A stretch of DNA of 63,273 nt from Kiritimatiellia bacterium. Lineage in GTDB: Bacteria > Verrucomicrobiota > Kiritimatiellia > RFP12 > UBA1067. The notes below the pieces were generated by a model, which did not search any database, was not told where the DNA came from, and saw nothing but the letters and a program-made list of their open reading frames with translations. Made by a program: the position numbers and the translations under genes. Shown here piece after piece: positions 28,702-38,858 of the stretch. The stretch spans positions 1-63,273 of the forward strand of contig JAZLMG010000047.1 of the NCBI GenBank assembly GCA_045598585.1, read 5' to 3'. How positions within the stretch are numbered: position 1 is the stretch's first letter; every line of letters begins with the position of its first letter.

Positions 28702-30144
28702 ATGGACATCACTTCGATTAACAATTTGAACGCTCAGCTCGTCGACTCGATTAAGGGAATGGATCTTCCCGAGGGAGTGACGGTCGAAAGCAAGGTCAGC
28801 GAAGACAATAACCTCGTCATCACGATCAATAATTCGGATACGAATAAGTCGACCACGCTTACTTTCACGCCGGCGGAACTCGATGTGCCTGGAGCAATCG
28901 ATACGAATGGCGATGGAGAACTCGACGCGTCCGAGATTGTCGCGGAAATCGACAAGAAGATCGCCGAAGTCGAGAAAGCCGTAAGCGAGGAGAAGGGTGA
29001 AGGCTCCATCTCGAAGATTATCTTCGATATCTTCCAGATGATGGCGCTTTTGATCGTGCTGGCTCAGACGCAACGCGAAAACGCGGCAAAAGCGCGTCAT
29101 GCCGAACGCGAACAGCAGGCCAAGCTCGCGCTCGATAGTGCCGAGCAAATTCGTGATGCCGCGAAGCAGGCCTGGACTCAGGCGCTCGCTGGCTGCATTA
29201 CCTCGGGTATCGGTACGCTCGCTTCGATGACGATGGTCGGAGTTTCGACCTACAAGGCCCTTAATTCCGAGGTTGGGGCAGCGCTTAACGAATCGACCCA
29301 GGATTTGAAGCTCGCGAATATGGAGCTGAGCCCCGACACGACTACGACCAATTACACCGATGCGCTTAAAGGCCTTCCGTCGAGCGAAGCGGCTAAGATT
29401 CAGAATCAATTTTCGGTTTCGGCCGACCCCGAGAAGCCGACCGCTATCGATTCGAAAGTCTATGCGCTCGAGACGCTCGAGAAGGAGCTCGCTAATCCCG
29501 ACTCCACGATGACGAACGAAGCATGCAATCAGCATTGCAAGGATATCGGAATCGCCGCACCGGAAGACTACAAGACGCTTACATCGGAACAAAAAGCGGA
29601 ATTGATCAGCTCGGCGCGCGAACAAATCAGAGCCGATATCAAGGCGACCTCCAAGGAAATGATTAACGCGGTCAAGCTTCGCCTCGAAAATAAGGAGATC
29701 ACTCCGAAACTGGCGGCCAAGCTTATCTATGCGATCAAGTCCGGCGCGACCGCTAAAACTGCGAAAGTTTCCTCGCCCAATCAGGTGGCGGTCGATATCA
29801 ATAACGCGAAGGTTAACTTCGATAAGGCCAATGCGGCATACAACAATAATAGCGACTCGATTAGAGTCAATACGCTTTCGAACTTGGTCAATCAGACTCA
29901 AACCGGTTTGATCGGGGCCGTTACGAAGATGATCGACGCTTCGAGCGATACGATTATGCGCCTTGCCGAGGCCAAGGTCAAGGAGAACGACGCTGAGATC
30001 AAGATGAGCGAAGCACGTGAAGATCAGCTTCGCGAGGTCATGGAAAAGTGCAAGGAAATCATGAACAACGCTCGTCAGCTCATGATGGAAGTCAATCAGT
30101 CCAATGATCAGCTTATGAATCGTATCGTCGGGAGTTTTGCCTAA
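28702..30144 (+). CDS. sctB: Minor translocator (YopD-like), enlarged, with EF-hand-like loop
   Basis: DIFQMMALLIVLAQTQRENA...AEQIRDAA, hydrophobic segment, C-terminal amphipathic helix. Confidence 0.75.
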   Translation: MDITSINNLNAQLVDSIKGMDLPEGVTVESKVSEDNNLVITINNSDTNKSTTLTFTPAELDVPGAIDTNGDGELDASEIVAEIDKKIAEVEKAVSEEKGEGSISKIIFDIFQMMALLIVLAQTQRENAAKARHAEREQQAKLALDSAEQIRDAAKQAWTQALAGCITSGIGTLASMTMVGVSTYKALNSEVGAALNESTQDLKLANMELSPDTTTTNYTDALKGLPSSEAAKIQNQFSVSADPEKPTAIDSKVYALETLEKELANPDSTMTNEACNQHCKDIGIAAPEDYKTLTSEQKAELISSAREQIRADIKATSKEMINAVKLRLENKEITPKLAAKLIYAIKSGATAKTAKVSSPNQVAVDINNAKVNFDKANAAYNNNSDSIRVNTLSNLVNQTQTGLIGAVTKMIDASSDTIMRLAEAKVKENDAEIKMSEAREDQLREVMEKCKEIMNNARQLMMEVNQSNDQLMNRIVGSFA

Positions 30145-30147
30145 GCT

Positions 30148-30678
30148 ATGACAAACGAAATCGAAACGGTGAAAATCAACGGTTCGACCGTTTACGGAGT
30201 AGACCAGATGGCCTACTCCGTAAATGGCGTTAAGGACCTTAACCTCGGGGACGCGATTTTTCACGTTTCGACGATTCGTGCTGCCGCGCTTGAAGAGGAT
30301 GCGGCGGTATTCTCGAGAGCTATCAAGCTTCGCCAGCAAAAGCTTGAGGATCTCGGTAAGGCGATGGCGTTAATATCGCAACAAATAGCCGAAGCTGGGA
30401 AGAAAATGACCGATAAGGTAGATGCCAACAAATACGGCTATATGACCATATGTAATCGATATGGCATTTCGCGCTCCGTGGGTACGAAGGGGCAACTGAT
30501 GAGTCTTCAAACCGATGTTCAGTACGCTATGGACAAGGAAGATAACGATCTTCAACAGGACATGGTCAGCTTGCAGAGCTTATTCTCGAAGCGCGACCAA
30601 GCGTTTTCGACCGCATCGTCGATGATGAAGAAGTTCGATAAGGGTTTGGCGGATACAATCCGTCAAATCGGGGGCTAA
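30148..30678 (+). CDS. Bsp22-like tip/filament protein, paralogue 1
   Basis: RAAALEE N-helix; C-terminal QQDMVSLQSLFSKRDQAFSTAS. Confidence 0.7.
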   Translation: MTNEIETVKINGSTVYGVDQMAYSVNGVKDLNLGDAIFHVSTIRAAALEEDAAVFSRAIKLRQQKLEDLGKAMALISQQIAEAGKKMTDKVDANKYGYMTICNRYGISRSVGTKGQLMSLQTDVQYAMDKEDNDLQQDMVSLQSLFSKRDQAFSTASSMMKKFDKGLADTIRQIGG

Positions 30679-30692
30679 AGGAGAATTTCGTT

Positions 30693-31280
30693 ATGGCAGA
30701 GATAGAAAAAGTCGTTGTCGACGCTAATCGATTCAAAGGCCTTTGGAATATCGAGGTCTACGATTACAATTACGACGGCAAGAATCGTGATCTCCAGGAT
30801 CTTCTTGTCGCGATTGCCAATAATCGCGCGGCGAAGATCGAGTCGGAAATCAATCCTCAATCCGTGCGCATGCGTACTCGCAATAAGCAGCTCGAAAAGC
30901 TCGGTACGGCGCTTTCGGAACTTTCAACTAGGCAGGCTGGATTTAGTTCTGATGCTGGCGGTAGTACTCCCATGCCTGACAATGATTGGTTTTCCGAGGA
31001 AGTGTCAGAGACGATTGTAATGGCCGGTTACACGCAATATCATTGCTTTCACACTGTGAATGGTAAAACAACCAAGGAGCGTTGTCTTACGAAGGCACAG
31101 ATTGAAGGCGCGATTCAGATGGTCAAGGCGAGAATGGACGCCCTGAATAACCAAGCGCAGACCGATATGACGCGTCTTCAAGGTCTCGTCGATAAGCGCG
31201 ACGAATCGTTCACTACCGCCTCGACCTTGATGAGCGGCGTTTCGGATACACGCGGCAACTTGATCAAGAGCTTGACGTAA
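30693..31280 (+). CDS. Bsp22-like tip/filament protein, paralogue 2
   Basis: NNRAAKIE; QTDMTRLQGLVDKRDESFTTAS. Confidence 0.72.
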   Translation: MAEIEKVVVDANRFKGLWNIEVYDYNYDGKNRDLQDLLVAIANNRAAKIESEINPQSVRMRTRNKQLEKLGTALSELSTRQAGFSSDAGGSTPMPDNDWFSEEVSETIVMAGYTQYHCFHTVNGKTTKERCLTKAQIEGAIQMVKARMDALNNQAQTDMTRLQGLVDKRDESFTTASTLMSGVSDTRGNLIKSLT

Positions 31281-31283
31281 AAT

Positions 31284-31868
31284 ATGATCGAAATTCAAAA
31301 TATCGGCTATAGAGATAGCGCTTACACCACCGAAATTTCGGGGGCGATCAATCTATATAATACCGATAAAGCAAGCGGTTTAACGCTCGGTCAGCTTATG
31401 ATTGCGGTATCTTGTCGCCAGGCGGCGGCGATCGAAGCGCGTGGTGTCGCCATGATGAACAAAATTTCCCGCGACGCTTATTTGATGAAGGATTACGCGG
31501 CGGCGATGGACGCGGTCATCAAGGCCTCCGAAACGGATGATTATGTCGATAATTTGACCTTTGTCGATCAGGCGGGCAGAGAGCTTGGGCTTTACGATTA
31601 TTTGGTTGAGAACTGCGGAGTTGGGACAAGTGAATTACCCGCTAAGAACGACGCAAACACCAAAGCACGCAATAAGATGACGCCGACGAATAAGACGCTT
31701 TATATCGGCGTAATCAAGACTTTAATGGAGAAGACGTCGGCGACCAGCCAGCAGGATAATATCCAGCTTAAGTCGCTTATCAATTCGCGCGACATCGCTT
31801 TCAAGACTTCGACCGGACTTGTAAGCGCGCTCGGCAATAGCCAATCGAATATCGCGGAAACGTTGTAA
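31284..31868 (+). CDS. Bsp22-like tip/filament protein, paralogue 3
   Basis: RQAAAIE; QQDNIQLKSLINSRDIAFKTST. Confidence 0.65.
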   Translation: MIEIQNIGYRDSAYTTEISGAINLYNTDKASGLTLGQLMIAVSCRQAAAIEARGVAMMNKISRDAYLMKDYAAAMDAVIKASETDDYVDNLTFVDQAGRELGLYDYLVENCGVGTSELPAKNDANTKARNKMTPTNKTLYIGVIKTLMEKTSATSQQDNIQLKSLINSRDIAFKTSTGLVSALGNSQSNIAETL

Positions 31869-31880
31869 AGGAATACGGAA

Positions 31881-32528
31881 ATGGCGGACTTTCAAACTAA
31901 CAAAATCGAGCTTTCGATGACCAACCCCGAGACCGGTAACTACATTACCGCGAATGTCTACACGGTCGACGGCATCGTGGGCGACAATGGGCTCCCGCGG
32001 CAGCTTTCAATCGGCCAGCTCGTGATGGCGGTCTGCTTGGAGCGCGCGGCGAAAACCGAGTCGGAAATCGTCAAGATCATGGAAGAGATGAACGAGGCCT
32101 CGGGAGTTTTGGAGGCGATTACGAAAATCGAAGACGCGCTTTCGAAGAAACTTTCGGAAACGGTTATCGCGAGTAAATACGAAGTCTACTCTTTCGAGCA
32201 ACTCGGCTTAAATCCTTATGATTTTACCGTTCCGAAGAACGGAATCACTCATACTTACGCGGACTGGTATGAGTATATGAATGATAAGTTCAACCTTACG
32301 CTTCCCGCTCCGACGGTGAACGGAACTGAAAAGTATTATACTCAGGCCCAAATCGACGAGTGTATCTCGGCAATGGAAACGAAGATGGATGAATATAATA
32401 CGCTCAACCAGAAAAAGATGATCGAGCTTCAGTCCCAAACGAATAAGCGCGACCAGAGCTATGACCTAATGTCGGCGATTCTTAAGAGCTTCAATAACAC
32501 GATGACCGGAATCGTAAATAACTACTGA
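31881..32528 (+). CDS. Bsp22-like tip/filament protein, paralogue 4
   Basis: ERAAKTE; QKKMIELQSQTNKRDQSYDLMS...GIVNNY. Confidence 0.72.
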   Translation: MADFQTNKIELSMTNPETGNYITANVYTVDGIVGDNGLPRQLSIGQLVMAVCLERAAKTESEIVKIMEEMNEASGVLEAITKIEDALSKKLSETVIASKYEVYSFEQLGLNPYDFTVPKNGITHTYADWYEYMNDKFNLTLPAPTVNGTEKYYTQAQIDECISAMETKMDEYNTLNQKKMIELQSQTNKRDQSYDLMSAILKSFNNTMTGIVNNY

Positions 32529-32535
32529 TTAAGAA

Positions 32536-32946
32536 ATGTTGAACGTCGTTAATAGACTTATTGAGGCAATCGGCTACCCGAAGGACGAGGTTCATTCGGG
32601 CGTAGGGTCGGTTATTCTCAAGGTCGACGCGTTCGAGATAGCCGCTTATGAATCGGCAGGTCGCTTAGTACTCACGTACGAGATCAAGAAAGCACCGGAG
32701 GAAGGGGAGCTCGCGAAGTATGCTCAATTCGCCGCGGGTAGGATTTTAAGAGAAGACGCAACGCTCGCCTACGACCCGACTAAGGACGCGATTATCCTTT
32801 GGCAGGCGGTTGAGGCACAAGCGGGAAGCGCGATTTTACGAAGCTTTTTCGAAGATTTCACTCACGCGGTTGATTGGTGGCGCGAGCGCGCTCAAGAAGC
32901 CGAAACGAAAGCGCCGGAATTCCCGGATATGGTCTTTCGACCCTAA
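32536..32946 (+). CDS. YscB-like (CesT-fold) chaperone
   Basis: 136 aa directly before sctC, as yscB is; AAGRILREDATLAYD...LWQ. Confidence 0.65.
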   Translation: MLNVVNRLIEAIGYPKDEVHSGVGSVILKVDAFEIAAYESAGRLVLTYEIKKAPEEGELAKYAQFAAGRILREDATLAYDPTKDAIILWQAVEAQAGSAILRSFFEDFTHAVDWWRERAQEAETKAPEFPDMVFRP

Positions 32947-32966
32947 GGCGGGAAAAGGAAGAGAAG

Positions 32967-34805
32967 ATGAAGAAAGTTTGGTTAACGATAGTTCTTTCGA
33001 TGATGATCGGCTCGATCTGGGCCGGCACAATCGCTTGGCGTACGCCCAAGTACACGCTCGTCGCGCGGCAGATGCCGGTCAGGGAGGCGCTCGATGCGTT
33101 CGCGATCGCCGAGGGCTTGAGCGTCGTCATGTCCGACGGCGTTCAGGGCGTTTTTTCGGGCGACTTCCAAGATGTCGAAGCGGGCGAATTCCTCGATCGT
33201 CTCGCCACAATCCACAATCTTACCTGGTATCACGATGGCGCGGCGATTTACGTCTATACGGCAGGAGAAATCCTTACCAACTTGACCGATCTTCGTTATA
33301 TGAAAGCCGAAGACGTCGTAGGATTATTAAAAGAACTCGGTGTCGAGGACGAGCGCTTCCCGATCAAGACGGCGATGAACGGCGAAATCATCATGGTTTC
33401 GGGTCCGCCCAGATACGTTCAGCTCGTTACCGAGACGATCGCGAGAGCCGATCGCCTCAAAGAGATGAGGACCTTTAACGAAATCGAAACGCGAATCTTC
33501 CCTTTGCATAACTCATGGGCGGATTCGGTATCGCTCAATGTGACGGGACCTGAGTCGTCTTTGCAGATTCGCGGCGTTGCCGAGCTTTTGCAGGAAATGA
33601 TGAATCAGAGTGGAGTCAATGCTCGCGAAGCGGATACGAATCGCGTTGATTCCGCCGAGCAGCGTCTTCAGGATGCGGCGCTTCAGGGCATCAAGCCCGT
33701 CATCCGCGCCGAGAATCGTCTTAACGCGGTACTCGTTCGTGACGCGGCGCCGAGAATGGCAATGTACGAACGGCTTATCAAGGAACTCGACGTTCCGCAG
33801 AAACTTATCGAAATTGCGGTTACGACGGTCGAGCTTTCGAAGAATGATGCGCTCGATTGGCAAATGTCTTTAAAGGTAACGGGTTCCAAAAGCGATTTTT
33901 CGGGCGCGGCAGGGCAGAACGTCAATAACCTCGCCTCTCCCGCTTCGATTATGGGCGGCGGTCTCGCCGGAGCTCTCACCTATATCGGTGACGACGTTTC
34001 CGTTTCCGGCTCCTTGATGGCGCTCAAAGAAAAGGGTAAGGCGCGCAATATTTCCCGTACGGCGATTCTCACCATGAACAATATGGCCGCGGAACTTACC
34101 GATACTCAGAGCTATCACGCACGCGTCGTCGGTACGGAAGTCGCCAATCTCGCAGAAGTCTCGGCCGGCACCAAGCTCGCCGTCAAGCCGAGACTCGCGC
34201 CTAAACTTGACGAGAACGAAAAGGCCCAGGTTTGGATGACTATGCTTCTCCAAGACGGTGGCTTCGAGACTGTAACTGTCGATGCGATGCCGGTTACGCG
34301 CAACTCGACCTTGGAAACGCAGGCGGCGGTACGAGAAGGAGAATCGATTATGCTCGCGGGCTACATGCGCGACATCAAGGAAGAAGCTGGATGGGGAATT
34401 CCGTATCTTCGCGATATTCCTTTCCTCGGTTGGCTCTTCGGCGGCTCGTCGACAAAGAATCAAACCGTACAGCGCTTCTTTATCTTGACACCGTATGTTA
34501 TCGAACTCGGCAAGGACGATCTTGTCGGCGTTCAGGCCTCGCGCCACCGCGATATCAAGGGCGAAGATTCGCTCTCGCGCAACCTCGAATTCGATGATGA
34601 TGCGCGCGCCGAACGCGAACTTTTGCAGAATGAACGCGACGAAATCAAGCACGAGCAGAATCGCGACAAGCTCGAGAAGGAATCGAAAGAAATCGAGTTC
34701 CGCCGCGAACAGCGCGCCGATGAACGCAAGAAAGCGAAGAAGGCGCACCAAGACAACTTGAACGAACGCCGCGAAGAGTGGCTTAAGGAGAAAGACGCGA
34801 AGTAA
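32967..34805 (+). CDS. sctC: T3SS outer-membrane secretin
   Basis: Signal peptide, LTWYHDGAAIY, MVSGPPRYVQLV, RLNAVLVRD, GIPYLRDIPFLGWLF; charged C-terminal tail. Confidence 0.95.
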   Translation: MKKVWLTIVLSMMIGSIWAGTIAWRTPKYTLVARQMPVREALDAFAIAEGLSVVMSDGVQGVFSGDFQDVEAGEFLDRLATIHNLTWYHDGAAIYVYTAGEILTNLTDLRYMKAEDVVGLLKELGVEDERFPIKTAMNGEIIMVSGPPRYVQLVTETIARADRLKEMRTFNEIETRIFPLHNSWADSVSLNVTGPESSLQIRGVAELLQEMMNQSGVNAREADTNRVDSAEQRLQDAALQGIKPVIRAENRLNAVLVRDAAPRMAMYERLIKELDVPQKLIEIAVTTVELSKNDALDWQMSLKVTGSKSDFSGAAGQNVNNLASPASIMGGGLAGALTYIGDDVSVSGSLMALKEKGKARNISRTAILTMNNMAAELTDTQSYHARVVGTEVANLAEVSAGTKLAVKPRLAPKLDENEKAQVWMTMLLQDGGFETVTVDAMPVTRNSTLETQAAVREGESIMLAGYMRDIKEEAGWGIPYLRDIPFLGWLFGGSSTKNQTVQRFFILTPYVIELGKDDLVGVQASRHRDIKGEDSLSRNLEFDDDARAERELLQNERDEIKHEQNRDKLEKESKEIEFRREQRADERKKAKKAHQDNLNERREEWLKEKDAK

Positions 34806-34808
34806 AGA

Positions 34809-35984
34809 ATGATCGACGCCGCCCAGATATTTCGGCAGACGATAAATACCTCGCAGTTTACTGCCGAGGTCAATTCGCTTCCGAAGGACGTCCCCGCTCA
34901 GACGGGGGCGGCGATGGGCTTTTCGGCGGTAGTCGAGGCAGATCCGACGGCGGAACTTATGGATTCGATGGAAGAGCTTTCATTCCAGTTCGAAGAGAAA
35001 GAGGCGAAAAATGTCTCGGAGCGTAAGCTCGGGGAAACGAAGAGCTCGCAAAACGCGTATGTGAAGGCGATAGAAGAGTGGATGAAGCTGATGCCGGATA
35101 TGCCGGACGGAGCGTTCATGGCGCGACTTCTTCGTCAATGTCGTCAGGCCCAGCCGATGCCGAACGCGGCGGAATTGCTTAAACGGCTCGCGCAGCCGGG
35201 CGGAAGCGAAGACCCGTCGCATCAGGCAGCGATGCTCGATTGCCTCGAGAAGCTCGCGGGAGAGGGAGACAAGGAACTTACGCGACTTTTCGCCGACGCG
35301 CGTCAGACGCTTGAGCGCACGAAGGGCGCCGAAATGAGAGCGGGTTTCAATCTCGCCGAAGCGGTCAATTCGCGCGCCACGAACGCGGCGGAAATGCAGG
35401 ACTTGCGTCAGCTTTATCGCGGAACGGTCATTGGCTTTACAACGCCACAGCAATGCTTCAAGTCGCTTCTCGCGACGCGAGGCCCCGGAGCGCTCGCGAA
35501 AGCGCTCGAGTTCCTGATCGAGGGCGCGGGTGCGGATTTAGGTAGCCCCTCGCCGTCGCAGTCGACCGCCGAATTAAGGCGCATTATCCTCGATTTGCAG
35601 TGTGTCCAGGTCTTGAAGACGGTCCTAGATAAGATGGACGGCCTCGCCGCGCGTATGCTTAAGGAATTTCAGAATCCTTGCCTTATGAACGGCGAAAAGA
35701 TGACCGGGAAGATCGTCGATTTTACCGAAGAGCCGTTTATGTCGCGCGAGACGATCGCTTCGTTCGTCAAGGGCTGCGGAGTCGAAAAGCTGATGGCTCG
35801 GCTCGATTTCTTAATCCAGCTTACGATCATCTTCCGCCAACTTTCGCCGCGTCTTTTCGCGAGCGAGAAGGATCGCTTCAGAATGATCGACAGCGCTCAG
35901 GAAGAACTCGACGAGGTCGTCGACGAGTCGGAAGTCGAAGAAGAAAAGAAGCGCAAGCAAGAGCAGGAAGGGGGCAAGAAATGA
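34809..35984 (+). CDS. sctW: Gatekeeper (YopN-TyeA fused type)
   Basis: DSMEELSF, DPSHQ, RAGFN, LRQLYR, ADL..PS; TyeA-like C-terminus. Confidence 0.9.
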   Translation: MIDAAQIFRQTINTSQFTAEVNSLPKDVPAQTGAAMGFSAVVEADPTAELMDSMEELSFQFEEKEAKNVSERKLGETKSSQNAYVKAIEEWMKLMPDMPDGAFMARLLRQCRQAQPMPNAAELLKRLAQPGGSEDPSHQAAMLDCLEKLAGEGDKELTRLFADARQTLERTKGAEMRAGFNLAEAVNSRATNAAEMQDLRQLYRGTVIGFTTPQQCFKSLLATRGPGALAKALEFLIEGAGADLGSPSPSQSTAELRRIILDLQCVQVLKTVLDKMDGLAARMLKEFQNPCLMNGEKMTGKIVDFTEEPFMSRETIASFVKGCGVEKLMARLDFLIQLTIIFRQLSPRLFASEKDRFRMIDSAQEELDEVVDESEVEEEKKRKQEQEGGKK

Positions 35985-36364
35985 CGATACCTCCTTGGAT
36001 AGACGGCGCGATTCTCGGCTTCGGTCGTTCGATGGGGATACAGAACTTAACGCTCAACGAACGCGGAGTCGCGGCACTTACGTTCGAAAACGGCTTCACA
36101 CTCGCGCTCGAATATGCGCTCGAGACGTTTTCGGTTTCGGTTAAGGTACCCGTCGAGCCGACGAGCGCGAGCTTAAAGAAGATTCTGGTCGCCGCGCATC
36201 CGGAGAATCGTTTCCCGTTCCGCCTACGAGCCGCCTATCTCGCGAAAACGGGAAGAGCCATTTTCCTCGTCAAGCTCGCCGAAAGACAAGTTACCGAGAC
36301 GACGCTCGCGAAGGTCTTTACTTCGCTTTGGCAGCTCGCGAGAGATTTGGGAGGTGAAAGATGA
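35981..36364 (+). CDS. sycN: SycN-like gatekeeper chaperone
   Basis: WIDGAILGFGRSMGI...LTFENGFTLALE; ATGA overlap with sctW. Confidence 0.75.
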   Translation: MTIPPWIDGAILGFGRSMGIQNLTLNERGVAALTFENGFTLALEYALETFSVSVKVPVEPTSASLKKILVAAHPENRFPFRLRAAYLAKTGRAIFLVKLAERQVTETTLAKVFTSLWQLARDLGGER

Positions 36365-36747
36365 GCTCGCTTAATCGCGTAACCTCCGGCGTTCAGTTCA
36401 ATACCGGTATTTCGACGACCGATTGGAATACGGGCGTAGTCGGCCAGACTCAGGGTCAGACCCAAAGCCCGCTTCTCCCCGGTTCGACGACCGTTTCGGA
36501 AACCTTGAAATCGCTTTTCCCGCCGGGAGGTGGAATCAGCGCCGAAATCATGGCGGAACTCGCCGCAGCGGGAAACTCGATACTTTTGAGGTCTTCCGCC
36601 GGGTTCTACAGTACGGCGAAGAAGACGATTCGCTCCCTCTACGGAAAGAACACCCCGAAAGCAACTGCCGCGGCCCATGAGCTCGAAACGCTCTTAGCCG
36701 ATACCGAGCTCCTCGAGCAGTATCGCGCGGCACTCCTCGAAACCTAA
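36361..36747 (+). CDS. sctX: YscX-like protein
   Basis: 128 aa between sycN and sctV; C-terminal LLEQYRAALLET. Confidence 0.6.
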   Translation: MSSLNRVTSGVQFNTGISTTDWNTGVVGQTQGQTQSPLLPGSTTVSETLKSLFPPGGGISAEIMAELAAAGNSILLRSSAGFYSTAKKTIRSLYGKNTPKATAAAHELETLLADTELLEQYRAALLET

Positions 36748-36764
36748 GATAAAGGCAAGACCAG

Positions 36765-38858
36765 GTGAATAACAAGTTTACAGGATTTACGACAATCTTC
36801 TCGAAGTACGGCGACCTCGTACTCGCGTTTATGGTCGTCGCGATTATCGGACTTTTGATTATTCCGCTACCGACGGCAGTTGTCGACCTCCTCATCTCGG
36901 TTAACTTGATGGTTTCGACGGTGATGCTTATGCTCTCCCTTTATTTGCCGAGAGCGCTCGCATTCTCGACCTTCCCGTCGATGCTCCTCTTTACGACTCT
37001 CTATCGCCTCGCGCTCAATGTAACGACGACGCGACTTATCCTTCTTAAAGCGAACGCCGGCGAAATCATCTTCACCTTCGGTAACTTCGTCGTCGGCGGT
37101 AACTTCGTCGTCGGCGCGGTAATCTTTTTAATCATCACAATCGTTCAGTTCGTCGTTATCGCCAAGGGCTCGGAACGTGTCTCGGAAGTCGCCGCGCGCT
37201 TTACCTTGGACGCGATGCCCGGTAAGCAGATGTCGATCGACGCGGATATGCGCGCGGGTGCGATCAACCTCGAAGAAGCGAGAGCGCGCCGCGCCGAACT
37301 CGCCAAGGAATCGCAACTTTACGGCGCGATGGACGGCGCGATGAAGTTCGTCAAGGGCGACTCGATCGCGGGTCTTATCATGACGACAATCAACATTATC
37401 GGCGGTATCTGCATCGGCGCGTTCATGAACGATTGGGATGTTTCAAAGTGCGTCAAGACCTACGGTATTTTGACGATCGGCGACGGCCTCGTCTCGCAGA
37501 TTCCCGCACTTCTCGTCTCGATTACCGCAGGCGTAATCGTTACGCGTGTCGGCGAAGAAGGGGCGAAACCGCTCGGCCAAGACATCGTCAACCAATTCTT
37601 CGCGCAGCCGAAGGCGATTCTTTTGGGCGCCGTCATGCTCGTCGGTATCGGCCTTATCCCCGGCTTCCCGAAGTTCCAGATTTTCGGACTTGCCGCGGCA
37701 GTCGGCCTCGTCGGATGGTCGCTAATCGCGAGAGCGAAGATGAAGAAGGCGGAAGAAGCGAAAAATGTCGATCCGCTTTCGGCCGCGAAGCCCTCGGGAG
37801 ACAAGTCCGGGAATAAGCCGAAGAAGAAAGACGGCGATGACTTCGCGATGGTGACGCCCCTTATGGTCGATATCGATGCGGAAATCCGCGGCGCTTTGAC
37901 GTATGACGAACTTAACGATAAGATTATGGAAGTTCGCCGCGCTCTCTATCACGATCTCGGCGTCCCGTTCCCGGGTATCAATCTCTCGTTGAACGAATCG
38001 GTCAAGGGCGGAAAGTATCGACTTCTCGTCAACGAAGTCCCGGTCTCGGAAGGTGTCCTTAAGAAGGGCTATGTCTTCGCGCTCGAATCGCCCGAGAACC
38101 TCGAAGCGGCCGGTATCACCTTTGAAAGCGGTAAACCCTTCCTCTCCGGGTACGCGACGAGCTGGGTCGAAGAGTCGAAGAAGGCGGAACTCGACGCGAG
38201 CGGCATTCGCTATCTCGACTTGAACGGCGTTCTTACGCTCCACCTCTCGAGCGTCCTCAAGCGCTATGCGAACGAGTTCATGTCGCTTCAGGAAACGCGC
38301 CTTTTGTTCGATCACATGGAGAAGGAAGCGCCTGAACTCGTCAAGGAAGTTCAGCGCGTTTTGCCGCTCCAGAAGATCACCGACGTTCTCCAACGTCTCG
38401 TCCAGGAAGGTATTTGCATTCGCGACTTGAAGCAGATTACGCAGACCTTGATCGAGTGGGGGCAGAAGGAAAAAGATACCGTCCTCTTGGTCGAGTATGT
38501 CCGAAGCGCGCTTTCGCGTTATATTTCCTACAAGTTCTCGGGCGGTCAGAACATTATCGCCGCGTATCTTCTCGACCCTGCGCTCGAAGAGAAGATCAGA
38601 AAGTCCGTTCGACAGACCTCGGGCGGCAGCTATCTCGCGATGGACCCGACCTCGGTTCGCCAGATCCTCGCGACCGTCAAGCGCACAATCGGCGATATCT
38701 CGCGCGTCCCGCACAAGCCCGTTATCATCGTTTCCGTCGACATTCGCCGTTACTTCCGCAAGATGATTGATAAGGACTACTACGAATTACCCGTCCTTTC
38801 GTTCCAGGAATTGTCGAGCGAAATCAACATTCAGCCGCTCGGGAGGATTAAGTTGTGA
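36765..38858 (+). CDS. sctV: Export gate protein (LcrD/FHIPEP)
   Basis: ERVSEVAARFTLDAMPGKQMSIDAD, GAMDGAMKFVKGD, GDGLVSQIP. Confidence 0.98.
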   Translation: MNNKFTGFTTIFSKYGDLVLAFMVVAIIGLLIIPLPTAVVDLLISVNLMVSTVMLMLSLYLPRALAFSTFPSMLLFTTLYRLALNVTTTRLILLKANAGEIIFTFGNFVVGGNFVVGAVIFLIITIVQFVVIAKGSERVSEVAARFTLDAMPGKQMSIDADMRAGAINLEEARARRAELAKESQLYGAMDGAMKFVKGDSIAGLIMTTINIIGGICIGAFMNDWDVSKCVKTYGILTIGDGLVSQIPALLVSITAGVIVTRVGEEGAKPLGQDIVNQFFAQPKAILLGAVMLVGIGLIPGFPKFQIFGLAAAVGLVGWSLIARAKMKKAEEAKNVDPLSAAKPSGDKSGNKPKKKDGDDFAMVTPLMVDIDAEIRGALTYDELNDKIMEVRRALYHDLGVPFPGINLSLNESVKGGKYRLLVNEVPVSEGVLKKGYVFALESPENLEAAGITFESGKPFLSGYATSWVEESKKAELDASGIRYLDLNGVLTLHLSSVLKRYANEFMSLQETRLLFDHMEKEAPELVKEVQRVLPLQKITDVLQRLVQEGICIRDLKQITQTLIEWGQKEKDTVLLVEYVRSALSRYISYKFSGGQNIIAAYLLDPALEEKIRKSVRQTSGGSYLAMDPTSVRQILATVKRTIGDISRVPHKPVIIVSVDIRRYFRKMIDKDYYELPVLSFQELSSEINIQPLGRIKL

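Noticed and set aside
27541-30339. 932-aa minus-strand ORF (also the 660-aa ORF at 2786-4768 and similar)
   Set aside because: Antisense shadows of well-supported + strand genes; no recognisable motifs
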